DNA of 64,000 nucleotides from Balanoglossus misakiensis (Eukaryota > Animalia > Hemichordata). The translations under genes were made by a program, and so were the position numbers. A model generated the notes under the pieces. That model was not told where the DNA came from and ran no database searches. It was given only the letters and a program-made list of their open reading frames with translations. Location of the stretch: the NCBI GenBank assembly GCA_040954595.2, contig CM082593.2:8096043-8160042 (forward strand), read 5' to 3'. Shown here piece after piece: positions 1 to 13,696 of this stretch. Positions within the stretch are counted from its first letter, which is position 1, and each line of letters begins with the position of its first letter.

Positions 1-2268
1 TCATACCACGTAGAGAAAAAAACAATGTGCGTTCTCTGTTGGGAACAATGTCTTGTGATTAGTTGTTCTGAAAGAGTGACTGCTGGGTTACACTAGATAG
101 TCGTGAGGAGGTCGGTGGGGGAGTCGTGAGGAGGTCTGTGGGGGAGGAAGAGTCTTTCCTGCCTGCAACTTGATATCCAAGTGTACTTAATCACACAATG
201 AGTTTTCAAGGCTGCCACCAGAGCCAAGCTTTTTTCACGGTAAAATGTTCAAAGCGGTACACACTACCTGTAATTGCACGGACAGCGTTCTTGAAAACAT
301 CCCGTAAACCTTAACAATTGCTTGGTAACCGTCGATATCAGTGACAGCGAGTGTATTCACTTTCGGCAAAAGGAAAGACTACCTCATGCAAAATACAGCG
401 AATTGCTGGCTTTTAAACAGCAAGGTCATCATCTCAATTATCACAGAAAAATGCATTCTTGACAATGATATCGAGGGAACCTCTCTCGGTTCTTGTCTAG
501 TTGGTGTTAATGACAGAGAATTTTGTCAGTGCGCCTAAATAGAACCAGAGTGGGCACATTGAATTGAACTGCAGCATAAATGCAAGTCACGAAAGAAAAA
601 TTAAGTTAATAACACTCGCACTCACACGGTGATACTACATTGTTGAGAAGTCGTAAATTTAGCTATAAATATATTTTGAGTAACTATATTCCAAAATTAG
701 CGCCAACAAGATAGGTCATTCAAAAGTATGGGCGCCAGGGAATATCTTTATGGTGCTTGACAACATCGAAAAAGTTTTTTCACCCACAAAGTAAAAGAAG
801 CCAAGATATGTCGAGATAGAAGGGCGGGAAGCTTTAAATAACAAAGCCTTGATTTTAAACATTGGGAAGGCTTGTGCCTCTTTGCCTGTGGAAATACAGC
901 TATGCTGTTTTCATCACCAATAACTGTTAGCCATCTACTCACGAAATCGGGTCTTTTGCTTCTCCCTGTGGAAACACAGCTAATTGTTGCAGACCCCCCC
1001 CCCCCCGAATAGCTAAGTTTCTACAGCTTGTGCCACTTGTAATATAAACATTTACATTGTTGCGATAGTGCAATGTTCTGATCCACTAAAGTTAGCATTT
1101 TCTTAATCTGGTCAAGGTAAGCATCGATAAAGAAAAATGTGATGCTATTAAATCCCATTTCTAGACAAGCAGCTTTTGCGGCCTTGACTCAAATGTATTA
1201 AAGTTAAGTGTGTTGTTCTTCTGAAAGCCACTATAAATGTTCCCGAAATGAGAAAAAAACAAGACGCTGATGACAGAAACATGCCTGACTGCCGCATTAT
1301 TTTACACAATGAAAGACAGAAACATAAATTTTGAATATCACTTTGGGCTCTAAAAGTCAATTCTCGCCTGAACCACGTCTGAACGTGGATCATGATAAAG
1401 TGACAATTTATAGCAAATTCTCACATCACTTTACTGCATTCCGTCGGCATTCATGACGCAACATTGCACAATTTTGCCATCGTCATAGAGGGTTCTGAGT
1501 ATCAAATAGTACAATAAATACGAGAAAGTTCACAGTAAAATCGTGCTCCGAGATTGCGGTGTATTTGTTTATTGACGTAGTCTGTCATTACCTTCCATGT
1601 CGTTTACAATACACAGTTTTCTATTAATTTGATGGCCTTGTGGTTCTGGTGAACATATGCTTCAATTTTACATATGTGTACGTGGGAACAACTGAATAGG
1701 TCCGGAAAGGTGTACCTTTCATTATGACATCCAAGATGGCCGTGCGCAGCATACTCAAATGGACAAAAATGTAGAGTACCACTGAAATATTGGCATTTTG
1801 TTCTTTTAAAAGTAAAGCTATGAGAACGTTTCTTCACTTCCCTTTGCCTGTACCAATATAGCAGTGTTCATTGTCAAGCCCATACAGAGAGCTTGAGTGT
1901 AGTTTTATTAGCCTGTGTTTGATGGCATTTCATTAAACAGCACAACATATAAATATCCATCAGAAGAAACTGAAATAATCAAAAGAATGTCGAGCGACGT
2001 TAATCCCTCCGTAATAAAATCCAATTGCTTTGCACTTTGGTTTGCAGGGTACTACGAATGTAATTCATCAAATTTATTCATCTATTGTCTCATAAATCAT
2101 TTAAATATCTAATGATAGAGGTGCCCTTGTAGGTTTGTGCAGGAAATCTATAGGAATGAGTCGGAGCATGGCAGTAACTGACATGTCACACTTGAGTGTT
2201 AATATTCTGATCAAATGGGAGCACAGTGTCCTTGACACTATTTTTTGCTTTAGAGTTAGCAGCTTGCC

Positions 2269-2347
<79 letters not shown>

Positions 2348-2641
2348 TGTATGTATGTATGTATGTATGTATGTATGTATGTATGTATGTATGTATGTAT
2401 GTATGTATGTATGTATGTATGTATGTATGTATGTATGTATGTATGTATGTATGTATGTATGTATGTATGTATGTATGTATGTATGTATGTATGTATGTAT
2501 GTATGTATGTATGTATGTATGTATGTATGTATGTATGTATGTATGTATGTATGTGTGTGTGTATGTATTTAGTTATTTAGTTATCCTTTCATTCACTCAT
2601 TCATTCATTCGTTCATTCATTCGTTCATTCATTCATTCATT
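2269..2641. repeat. Compound tetranucleotide microsatellite (TTTA)n-(TGTA)n-(TTCA)n
   Basis: Directly visible. Confidence 0.98.
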
Positions 2642-5548
2642 TCGGTAATCCGCCAGAGACCCATTTACAGGCACCGTAAAAATAAACTATACAGAAAAAA
2701 AATTATACAGAAATAAAAGCGGAAAAACGACCTGATTAGAAAAAATAAGCAACCGTATTCACAAAAATGCATAAGTAAAATAAAACACAAGAAGTTAAAA
2801 GCAGGCCGGTTCATCTGACAAGTTTATGAAAACTATAAAACCTCGACTGGCCAAATCAATTAAGTCTGATATCACATAAAGTATACTTTCGTAATTCGCA
2901 TAAAAATGACCTTTGACAGAGTTTGCAAATCGTTAGTTATTTGACTCTTATAAAACAATGCTGCATTTCCCAACACCAATGATTTCCAAAATATAAGATT
3001 ATGGGAGTTGCTCAATGTTTGTCGGGAAATACTTCGTTTGAAAGGGACTGTTTCCTATCAAGGAACCTCAATAAATCGTCGAACGAGGACATATCGAAAC
3101 TATTGAGTAGGCAATCCGTTTCTATGGCGATAATGAAGACTGGATCTTAAGGGATATCGCCTTGTAGTAAGTTTTTGTACGTCACGACATGAATGCGCAA
3201 ACGCTTCATCCAAATTACCGCCGCCATAACGTCGACGAACGGCATGTAATTTGCATGGTCAACATGACTACCTCTGAGTGTCGTACCACTGGATTTATTG
3301 TGATTTTTATGCAGCAAATTCTGACTTCCTCAAAATGTGTACAACGTATAATAGTGACATGTTCAAACGTTTAATTTCCACAGACCTTGGTATCGACTTT
3401 GATGTTCTCAGCGCACTGACATGCATGGTTTTATGATGTATAATAAAGTCCCCTTGAACCCTGAAACATTTGCACAATAAACGAGTAGCCTGCATTTGAA
3501 AAAGACAGAAGAGAAATTGGGAGAATGACCACTGGCATATATATATTAGGAGGGGGGATGCCTTCAGGCTTGATAGCGAAAAAGTCAGAGTTTTAATATC
3601 GATAAGTCATTGGCGACTTTCAATATTTCTGAGTGTTTTCCAATTTCCTGTCGCAGGTGTTTTTTATCCGTATTCGGTTTAGCTGTCGAGGGCTGAAACA
3701 TGAAATCGTTCAGTTTTGGCTGAAACGATCGACAACAGTGAGACAGATTGTATCGGTGAAAGCGAACACAAACCGAACTGTCCTATCATTCTATCACATA
3801 CATCCACAGCTAGAAGTTCTTTGGCTGCGGCGGACATATTGAAACCTTGAAATTCTTGTCAACGCCGTCCTAAATGCATGTCCGTTGTAAATAAGTTGTT
3901 GAATATTCACATAACATTTTTTCTGAGCGTACAGGGAAAAGGAAATCCTATGTCACGAATGATGTTGATGATATTAAGAGAATCAAATAGTTCGAAACAA
4001 TAGTTCTTTACGGGTAAATCTATGGTGTATAAATATGGTGAAGTGAAAAAAAGTGTTATGTACTTCAGAAAATGTATAGGTGCTCGGACTACCGTAGCAA
4101 AATATCAGTACACACAAAATGATCGTTTATTCACCAATGTATTGATTTTATCTTATTAAAACCACATTCATTACGCCTTCTAATTTTCCAGGTTTTTTAC
4201 ATCTACATTTAGGTTGAAAACAATCTACATTCGATGGAGTTCATAGTCAGCTTGAAAACATAAACGAATATCTATTGTTGGTAAGACGCTCAACACTGGC
4301 TTCCTTTACCGACCATTTAAGTATAACAAAAGCCAACAGCATTTAGGCTACATTATCCGCCATTAATTTCTTCTCCGAGTAATTTCGACTGTGAATAATT
4401 GTTCTTTAAATACGTGATAATATCTGATTTTATGAGAATATGCGATTTCAGTACAGTCGAGTTGGCCTATCAACAACGGTCAATTGTACAAAAACCATGC
4501 AAGTTCATTCACTTTCCATAAACATGTTTTGTCAAAATCCACATTCACTCATTCACACCTTTACATTCAAAGCCTACTAGTATGCAGCTTTGATTTGGCG
4601 TAGGACTACTGGGTAATGGGAATAAATTATTGTAGCTGGTTTGAGTTTGCGATGAAAGGTGGAAATTTGTAATTTAATGTAATATCATTTACTGGCTATA
4701 GTTATTATTGCATCCTAGGGCTTTGACCAAATGCTATCAAAGTTTTTGAGGCTGAACCACCTGATATCCTAGAAGTTGGCTCAGACAATTAATTTCACGG
4801 TGACAATTTTTTGCACCCACTATATATTGATATTTATAGCGGCATCATACAAACGTATACTATTCATATGGAATCGAAGTAGCATTGACGCTATCTCGTT
4901 TACTTCTTCACATAGTTGCCTGGTCTTTTGTTAAATCATGTTCTTCAGGTGATGGTTTCTGGACTTTTTCGATTCTAGTATGTTTACTTTGTTGTAATTC
5001 AAATGATTGTAATTTTATGGTGAAAGTAAAATATATTATGTTCATGTGAGTCTAGCTTTCACGTGTTTGGGATTTTTAAATTTATATTATAAACACATTG
5101 ACTACAGGTGGAGCTGTTGTTATATAGTTAACGCCATGGTATATTTTGATGTCTCTATTTAGAAATGTTTTATGTGCATGTCTGAGGAAAAGACGTTAAA
5201 GTGTTTATGAGTGTCATTCGCTTTCAATTATTGATGGGTATACAAGGATAGTAGGCATTTATCGTGTCCTCTGGGGCATTAATGTCGTCTTGATCACGGA
5301 GCTCGTAAAATCTCAAGTCGAATGGTACCTTGAATCTGCAAGGTGAATATATCTATGCAATGTGAACGACATTGTAGGGAAAATTTGGTTTCTCTTAATG
5401 CTTTGACGATTTCGTATATTAAGGTGGCACTGCGGAGTTGCCAAGAAGGCGAGTTGTTGCAAAATTGCACTTTTTCCTTATTTGGCCTTGTATCATGCTC
5501 ACCACAACTGTGGGAAATAAGCCTCAGTGAAAAGCGTCCCCAAAATTC

Positions 5549-5614
5549 ACGATGCCTTGTATCAAACATAATAAATGGGAAAAGGGCAACGAGAGAGAGA
5601 CTTTGTCCCTTTAA
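5549..5614. mobile_element. MITE family B terminal fragment
   Basis: TTGTATCAAACATAAT...GAGAGAGACTTTGTCCCTTTAA. Confidence 0.7.
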
Positions 5615-8600
5615 AGGATGGCAAGTCCATATTACGGCAGACGTAAAAACAATATAGCTTAATGAGCAACGCGCTGAGACAGATGGACACACAAGCTGTG
5701 AGTCAGAATCGAAAAAAACAACAACCCGAAATGATGATCAGCGATAGATGTCCAATGAATTGTATGCAGACAAAACTTCCCGGTTGACCAAGAAATACTC
5801 ACGCCAGATCGCGACGAGGGGTAACGTTTTCTGCAAGCCGATTTCACAATACATATCTAGAAAAGTTGCGTGTTTATACCTTCTGGTACGGTCCCCCAGT
5901 CACAAAATTGTCGGCCACGGTTATTAGAAAGGAGAATAGTGTCGGCGAATTCGGGCGGTAAAGAGTCTTTATGACCCATTATCACTTTATCGACCCCTGT
6001 GAAAATTGACACCTCTGGGCACGTCTTCCCCCTTGTTAATAGTTCAGGGGAGGCAAGTCCTGAATAATAACATGGAAATCGAGTAAAAATCGAGGGACAA
6101 TAGCTCCATAAGCATGTTATACTGGATGCCGGTAAATAGTAATTATGTAAATTATGTGTAAATTATATGCAAATGAATATGCAAATTAGTAGCATATCCA
6201 AATTTTTCATCCGTGGAGAACACTGCAAATGCAATTTCTTGTTCCATTCTAAACAGCATGCTAATATAATTATAGTTGACTTTTAGTTTAAACCAAAGAA
6301 TTTGTGTGAGTACTGACGAAGCTATACAGCACGAAAGCACATAACGATTTTGTCACGAGTGAGTTATAAACTTTTTAAAAAAAGACACTCACTCTCGAAG
6401 TTAACGTCTTTGAATGATATAATAGCAAAAATGAGTTTTTTTAACTTTCGATTTCGAGTAAACTATTCATTCCAAAAGAGTGCAGATATTCAGCTTTCTG
6501 AAAATGTATAGCGTATTGGGGTTCTCATGTTGCCTTGATGAGAAATATTATTTTAAAAATCTTGCTGGTAACTCCTTAAGAGACGTATACGCTATTTGAC
6601 TATTAATGTTTGTTTGATATCCTCTTCATGGAAAAGTTCAAAGTAAAAAGTGTAAGTTGCCACAACAAGCAAAATGCGAGAAAATCGGATATCATAAGAC
6701 TCATAAGGGTTTTTTTCGTTTGCCAAGTCGGAGATAGCCTGGACAGCTGTTCCAAAACGGAAACATATCTGAAGCTCTAGATTTAAGAGGCCTGACTATC
6801 CATCTGCATGGCATGAAAGGTTCCATCTCATTCACTTTGAGTCACCAGACCGTGATGGGGAAGCGATCCATATCTGAATCAATCAGCTATCTGCCAATAA
6901 AGACTACGACCTGTAGAACTTACGGCTCACCTGAAGAAAAATTCAACCCAATGGAAAGAACGAACTGAAGAAAGCTAGGTACTCCAAATATGGAGAATAT
7001 TATTACAAGCTAAATGGAGCGATACGGCTATTTTAGAGTTAAGAGCGGGGGCTTGGAAACTTAGGGGAAAAGATTAAAGAAAAGTGAGGTGTGGGACTTT
7101 TGCAACGGTGTACCATTACTATTTCAATGTCCACTATATGTTCGCATTTGTAACATTTCCACGGACCGTTTTCCGTCTCGCGATATTCACGCTTGTCTCC
7201 TTTCTCTCTGTCTCGTTGCAACCTGTAGAGGAGAAGGGAGAACGTTCATATATTTGTGAATAACTATTTAACTGCGGGTCTCCTTGAAACGAAAGCAGGG
7301 GCGTTTTATTCTAGAGGAGGTTCTCTAATCATTCACATAAGCACGTGTGTGGGAAGGAAGAAAGGATTGTATTTCCCATACAACTATTGGAACTCATTCG
7401 ATGGCTAGGATCGATGTTGAATGCGCGATGTGTGTATTAACTTGCAGGACAGATATGACATTTTGAATATGTTTTGAGATGCACTGAACAGCTTATTTTG
7501 GTGTACGCATTTCCTTTATCAGTGGAGCCCTCAAGGCCAAGTTTAATGGGGATATAACACGGTCACGTACCTGCTATCCTGCGTGAAGCCTTACTTTCAG
7601 TCAATTCGTTCCAACATTGTTCCATTTTTTTTCATATTGATATCACCTGGAGTTATGTACTAAGCATTTAAAAGTTATATTAGAACGGTGCTATCACGAA
7701 AATTAGAAGCCATCCCATTTACTGTGCCACCTTGTATTATCTGTATTACCCGTTTCATCATAGGTGACACGCACCTGCTTAATTACCAGATACTACTGTT
7801 AAGACAAAAATTATATTTGTTGTTTGTGCGGTTTTCTTTAATTCGTCATGAAAATTTCCATGCGCCATGAAAAATCATGTTTCAGTAGCTTGGTCTATAG
7901 CGAGTTGATGAAATAGGGAATGCATACTAATATATTAATGTATTCAAATTTAAGTGCCATGTGGAATGTCAAAGCTCAGGTGTTTAAATTTATGCAAAGT
8001 TGTTTATAATTTTCTTTTATTCAACCATATGCGCATTCCACAGGTAGCAACGCGTGATGAACCCATAGCTCCTGCGTACGACATACAGAAACCATGAGAA
8101 GTAAAGTTCATTGCTTGAGGACAAAACATAACGACCATTGCTGGCTCCTGATCTCTTCATCCACGGAGAGTTAATTGGGGGCGTGCATGGGGCTTAATTT
8201 AACGCGACATAACTCCGATAGTTCTTGACGATGACTACCTTTATTGTGCAGTGAATGCATCAAGATGTACACGACCCATTTTTTTCAAATCAATAAAGCC
8301 ATTTTTGTGCGGCTTCACGCTTGAATAACAATTTATTATAGCTCTTCGGATTCTCGTAAGTAAAATGTCGTGTGGCCAGAACTGCCTAACGTGTTCTGGA
8401 ACAGTCGTCGGCGTTCGTTTACATTTAATTTACATGCGTATGCAGTTTAATGACGCCAAAATGACTGCCATCAAGAAAGCGCTTGAAATGATGGTAATTT
8501 AGGAGATTTTTGGCCCGTGTTGCTTCGTTAACGATCTCTTCGGGTCTACAGTTAGAGGCGATTCGTTTAATGTTCCCCGCGTGGGTATTAGCGATACTGA

Positions 8601-11206
8601 CACATAGCTTGATAACAACGTTTAGTACCATTTGGCTGGTTCAAGTGAAAGGACAAAATACCCTATGTCAACGTAATGTCAAATAATGAATAGCTGTCAT
8701 TCTGTAGTGCTGGTCAAATACATAAACCAACTAACCAATGAGTCGACCAGACTGAGAATGTTTGCAATTAACAGCCTCATGTCGTACGTGTCGATGACAT
8801 GCCTAGAATTAGCCTTTTACTGATACTCCACTTGAAATGTTCAAATTCACAGTTTTTGGGATTAAGCACATGCTTGCATTGTCTGTACAAAGGCCAATAC
8901 GCTGCAGACCCCGACACCATGACCCGTTCAGGTGGGTGTATTTCCCGACCTTTCAAACGATATTACTTAGCGAGACGGCCATCATACGTCATCGTCTTGC
9001 AAGGTTCTTGTTCTTGTGTAACTAAGAAAAGAGAAACAAATCTTATCTTCCGTGCTTTATTTTTTCTGAAAATTGTATCAAGAAATATTTGTATCGGCAA
9101 CGTTTATCAATTTGGACGACAAGCCATCGATGTCAACAGGGCACGATAGTTCGTATGACATTGTAAAGTTTTGACTGTCACAATACTAATCGAAGTTTAG
9201 ATGAGACAGAATTCGGAGTTCTTAAAATAGATACGTTGTCATGACAAATTAGAGAACTGGGTATTCTGAAAGATTTATAGCGTCGTCATCTAATACTTTG
9301 CAAATTGTCCATAAATCAATAAGGAGGCACCGAATGAGGATGAAGTCATTCGCCCCGTCCGCTGAAAGAGCAGATAGATACGCGGCGAATTCGAAGATAT
9401 GAATTTTAGGCGTTCAGAGTTATTACAGTTAATTGGCAGACCAATTACTCGGTCATTCGATCTTCAAGACTTAGATCATTAACAGATGGTGTCACAGACT
9501 TTCTAACGAGGAAACGCCACCGTTTTGACGTGAATAAGAACCTGTATGTTTGCATCTTATGCTCTAACAGATACTCCAAGTGTAGTAAAAAGTTAAAGGG
9601 AGGGGCCCGGTTTGTTATGTTTATTGGTTTTGTCACGTTGAAACTGTCGCATTATTTTGAGCCCCGGTGAAAATTAAACATTTGAGTAACTCGGGCGCTT
9701 ATTAAAAACATTTATATATAAATAAATAAAACTTCATCTGATTCCGGACTTGCCGTTGATCCGAGAAGGGAAACAGTAAACTCACAAAAACAAGGTTATT
9801 AGTAATTTGCATATATAAGTGGGATAATCCTTAGCTTTTATACCCATGGGTTTCACACTGTTTGAACACTTGTTCAGAACACTATTGTTCGCCTAACAAC
9901 GTGGAGCACATCTCCTGGGTTAAAAGTTTTGACAAGAAGTTCAGCCTGACTGGAGGACATATTTATTTTAGCAGCCACGTGTACTTTGAGTCGGCTAAAA
10001 ATTACTCTCGTCATTTTTAAGTCTATGTTTTAAGTATGGGTCTCGCGGTTTAGTCTCGAGTGATGCCTTCCCTGACGCCACCAACATACATCTTTCTGGT
10101 CTTTGGTCGTGCATTGGTGACCCCTTCAAATTTGAACTCGGTAATACAGTTATTTTCAATGCAGAGTTAAAAAGTTTTTCATGATGAGGAACAGATATGA
10201 GGATTTCCGATGTTTCAGTTATGATTTCTTTTGGGAGTCTCTTATTAGTTACTTTGAATAAAACATACAATGCCCTACGGGGAGAAGTTGGAGTACATCT
10301 TTTGGAACTGATTCTTTTGTCGTACAGAATTCGGCATACTTCAAGGTCAGTTAATGCTCTGTAAATCATACGAACATGCTTTGGAGGCGAAGACATTTGC
10401 GTGTCAACAATTGGTGTCATTATCTAGTATTTTCGCTGCTGTATCCTGAGTATATATCGCTGGATTAATTTTGACATCGAATTCATGACATTCTTTTCAG
10501 TTGACTTTACAGCATCGCCACATAAATGTGCCGATTACAGTAAATGTTTCTACTGGTTGACTTTGAGAATATTTATTTAACTCATTTTCTAGACATTTTA
10601 TTCTCGATGAAATATCTTTATTTAAACTGGATCGTGAGCGAGTGAGAAGAAAGGGCTTCAAAAACCTTTGTCCAGTCTATTGAAAGAAGATCCTGTGTAA
10701 TTGTACCACACGGTTTCGACTCCCTTTAGATATGACTGAGTGACGACAACTGATAAAAAGAACAACGAAAAATACTAATTTGTCGATGGGAACCATATCA
10801 AATTACCGGAGGCAGCTGACAAATTACAGATGCAGTGAGTTTCCGTTTGTATTTTCAAAGTACTGGAATAAAATGCCGGATTAATCAGCGAACGAGCTTT
10901 GTTATTGTCACAGGGGACACTAATCTTGCCAAGTCGCAAATTTTGTGGAAACGTTGACGGAAAATGCTGTGCTTATTTCGTTGGGCCGATTTCTTATCAT
11001 TTTAATACAGAAAACCTGTCGCTTGGAATAATATCACATGTGCAAGCAAGGTAAAAGAATCTACACCGTTAACGACCCCTGTACGGAATTCTTAAATACA
11101 TGGACACAATCTTTTAAAACAGATATCTCTGATAGGTACCTCTACATTATCAACTTGGTAATAATCTTTACCACTTTATTTTCTTGGAAACGTTTATTTT
11201 GGACAA

Positions 11207-11419
11207 TGTGTTGTGTTGTGCGTTGTTGTGTTGTGTTGTGTTGTGTTGTGTTGTGTTGTGTTGTGTTGTGTTGTGTTGTGTTGTGTTGTGTTGTTTTGTG
11301 TTGTGTTGTGTTGTGTTGTGTTGTGTTGTGTTGTGTTGTGTTGTGTTGTGTTGTGTTGTGTTGTGTTGTGTTGTGTTGTGTTGTGTTGTGTTGTGTTGTG
11401 TTGTGTTGTGTTGTTTTGT
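11207..11419. repeat. (TTGTG)n pentanucleotide microsatellite
   Basis: Directly visible. Confidence 0.98.
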
Positions 11420-13394
11420 CCATAGCACTTCATAAAATATAAATTTGTATGCACAGAGCACGAACACCTCTTTGTTGGCAAGGAGAGATAAATAAGAACT
11501 TCAGCCAGATTTAGAGTGGCCAGTTGACGATTGGTACGAGCAACCTAAGTACAACCTACAAATATGTATCTCCACAATCTTCGCTGTGTATCTATGGACT
11601 TTTACGTTGAATAGATTAATTCCTCGAGGATCTTTGCTCTACTTAGGGAGCTTTCTTTTTTAGGGGGAAGCGGTCGGTGCTGGGGGTCGGTGGAATTTGA
11701 GTCGCGGACTATATGTAAAAGGCACATGTATTAACACATTTGTAGAGACATGCATCCGATTTAATTATTAAAAGATATTACAGACGTGTTTCCAAAAACG
11801 AGTGTCATTCATAGGAAAAAGAAATTTGGCAACAATTACCCCGTCATTGCCCCTTAAACCTAATACTCCGATCTAGAAAATATGCAAATGAGGATAATAG
11901 TATTATACACAAAGAAATGTATTTGTGGCGGCAGTTAAATGTACCGTAAGGTCTTGTAAAAAGGATAGTGATCTAATGTACAGCAAAGTCAGCGGATGAA
12001 ATGCTATCATCAAATGCCTCAGCTGACAGAGTTTGATGTTCAAATGTGATAACAAAATCCTGCAGGAAAACTATGATACTCATGACGACTTTTCCTGCAT
12101 GGCTGGCGTTTGCATATAAAGAAACATTTTATACATGTAAACACGACATGTCTCATATCATAAAGTTGTAAATATTATTTTCTCCAACACCTACATGTAC
12201 CCGGACAACGTGAGAATATGTATTGAATTCAGACTATGCTAATCATTTAATATCAAACGAGGATTCCTATTCCCCGTATTTTGAAATTTACATATGATTA
12301 AGAATGCTGTTTGCATAGAAAGGATTATATATTTCCAATTTCTTCCATAATCCTATTTATTCTTGTCAATACGTTTATTAACTATGTTAATCTGCGATCA
12401 GGTTGATCTGGTAACCAGTTTTTCTAGATCATACCAGTCTGGCGCGTGCAAGACACTTTTTATCAGTCATATTGCATGCACTATTTAATTAATTGGTGAT
12501 TGTGTGTTAATGTTGCTATTTTTCAAAAATTCGATGAATATATTCTTGGGCATTACTCAGTAATCCATTTTGACATTCAATTGCCCAGATAAGATCGCTT
12601 CTGTAGAAATTCACTTCAGATGGTACAAAGACCGATCGAGTTCAAGGAGGTTTATGGGATTAAAGGGTTAAAGGGACATTAGCTGTATCTTTTATTGTAG
12701 CTTTATTGTCAGCATGTTTGTTTCTTGTTCTACTCCAAACAACATGCTAATATACCAAGTCGACAGCTTGTCGACATAGCACGTATATGTGTGCATGCAT
12801 TGTTATTGTTGACAACTGTATTCTAGTCCGGACTAGAATACAAATTTTGAACAATAACAATGCTCACTATACACATATATGTTGTGTTGATAAGCTGGAT
12901 ACTGGGCATTTCATCATGTTTCGGGAAATTGAACAAGAAACTGCAGTACATATACACAAAACAAAAATACTGAAAACATAGCGCAAAGTTACAGCTATAT
13001 AAATTGTACGGTTTACTTCCGTGGTCGCTTCACATTTTAGGCCACGGATTCGGCGAGTTGTCCATCATGGTTTCGCATTGCCCTAATTTGAGATCATCGC
13101 TCCAGTTTGATTTTATTTCGTCGCTTCCGCGTTTAGTAGTTTGGAATATTCAAATGAACTGGGCGATTCGTCAGACTGATGGTCTCAGAGGAGAGATATC
13201 GCGGGTTCGATTCCTGGGGAGATCAGCTTACAGGTTTTTCACTTTAGTTAACGTGATAACTTACTTGAACAGAACCAAAGTTCAACGCCAGAAAATGAAA
13301 TTTACTACTAAACCAGTCAGTTCAAAACAAGGAAAGTGAAGTGTCCGGAACACTTGTAGGTAAACCATACAGTCTCAAAGAAAGAAAGAAAAAA

Positions 13395-13696
13395 AATGAA
13401 TGAATGAATGAATGAATGAATGAATGAATGAATGAATGAATGAATGAATGAATGAATGAATGAACGAACGAACGAACGAATGAATGAATGAATGAATGAA
13501 TGAATGAAAGAATTGATGGATGGATGGATGGATGGATGGATGGATGGATGGATGGATGGATGGATGGATGGATGGATGAATGAATGAATGAATGAATGAA
13601 TGAATGAATGAATGAATGAATGAATGAATGAATGAATGAATGAATGAATGAATGAATGAATGAATGAATGAATGAATGAATGAATGAATGAATGAA
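13395..13696. repeat. Compound microsatellite (GAAT)n-(GAAC)n-(GGAT)n-(GAAT)n
   Basis: Directly visible. Confidence 0.98.

Noticed and set aside
2193-2245. Similar peptides HSVLDT in ORFs at 2135 and 36702
   Set aside because: A short dispersed DNA repeat (CACAGTGTCCTTGACACT); the 36.7-kb copy is intronic, upstream of the true acceptor at 36823.
2135-2648. YVCM/YLFI-repeat ORFs (also 53092-53585)
   Set aside because: Translations of tetranucleotide microsatellites.
7039-7221. WKCYKC as a RanBP2-type zinc finger
   Set aside because: The second Cys pair is missing at the required spacing and the reading frame is unsupported.
11038-11481. CCVVL / TTQHN repeat ORFs
   Set aside because: Translations of the (TTGTG)n microsatellite.
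13160-13225. tRNA gene suggested by GGTTCGATTCC (B-box)
   Set aside because: No cloverleaf or convincing A-box; at most a decayed SINE head.
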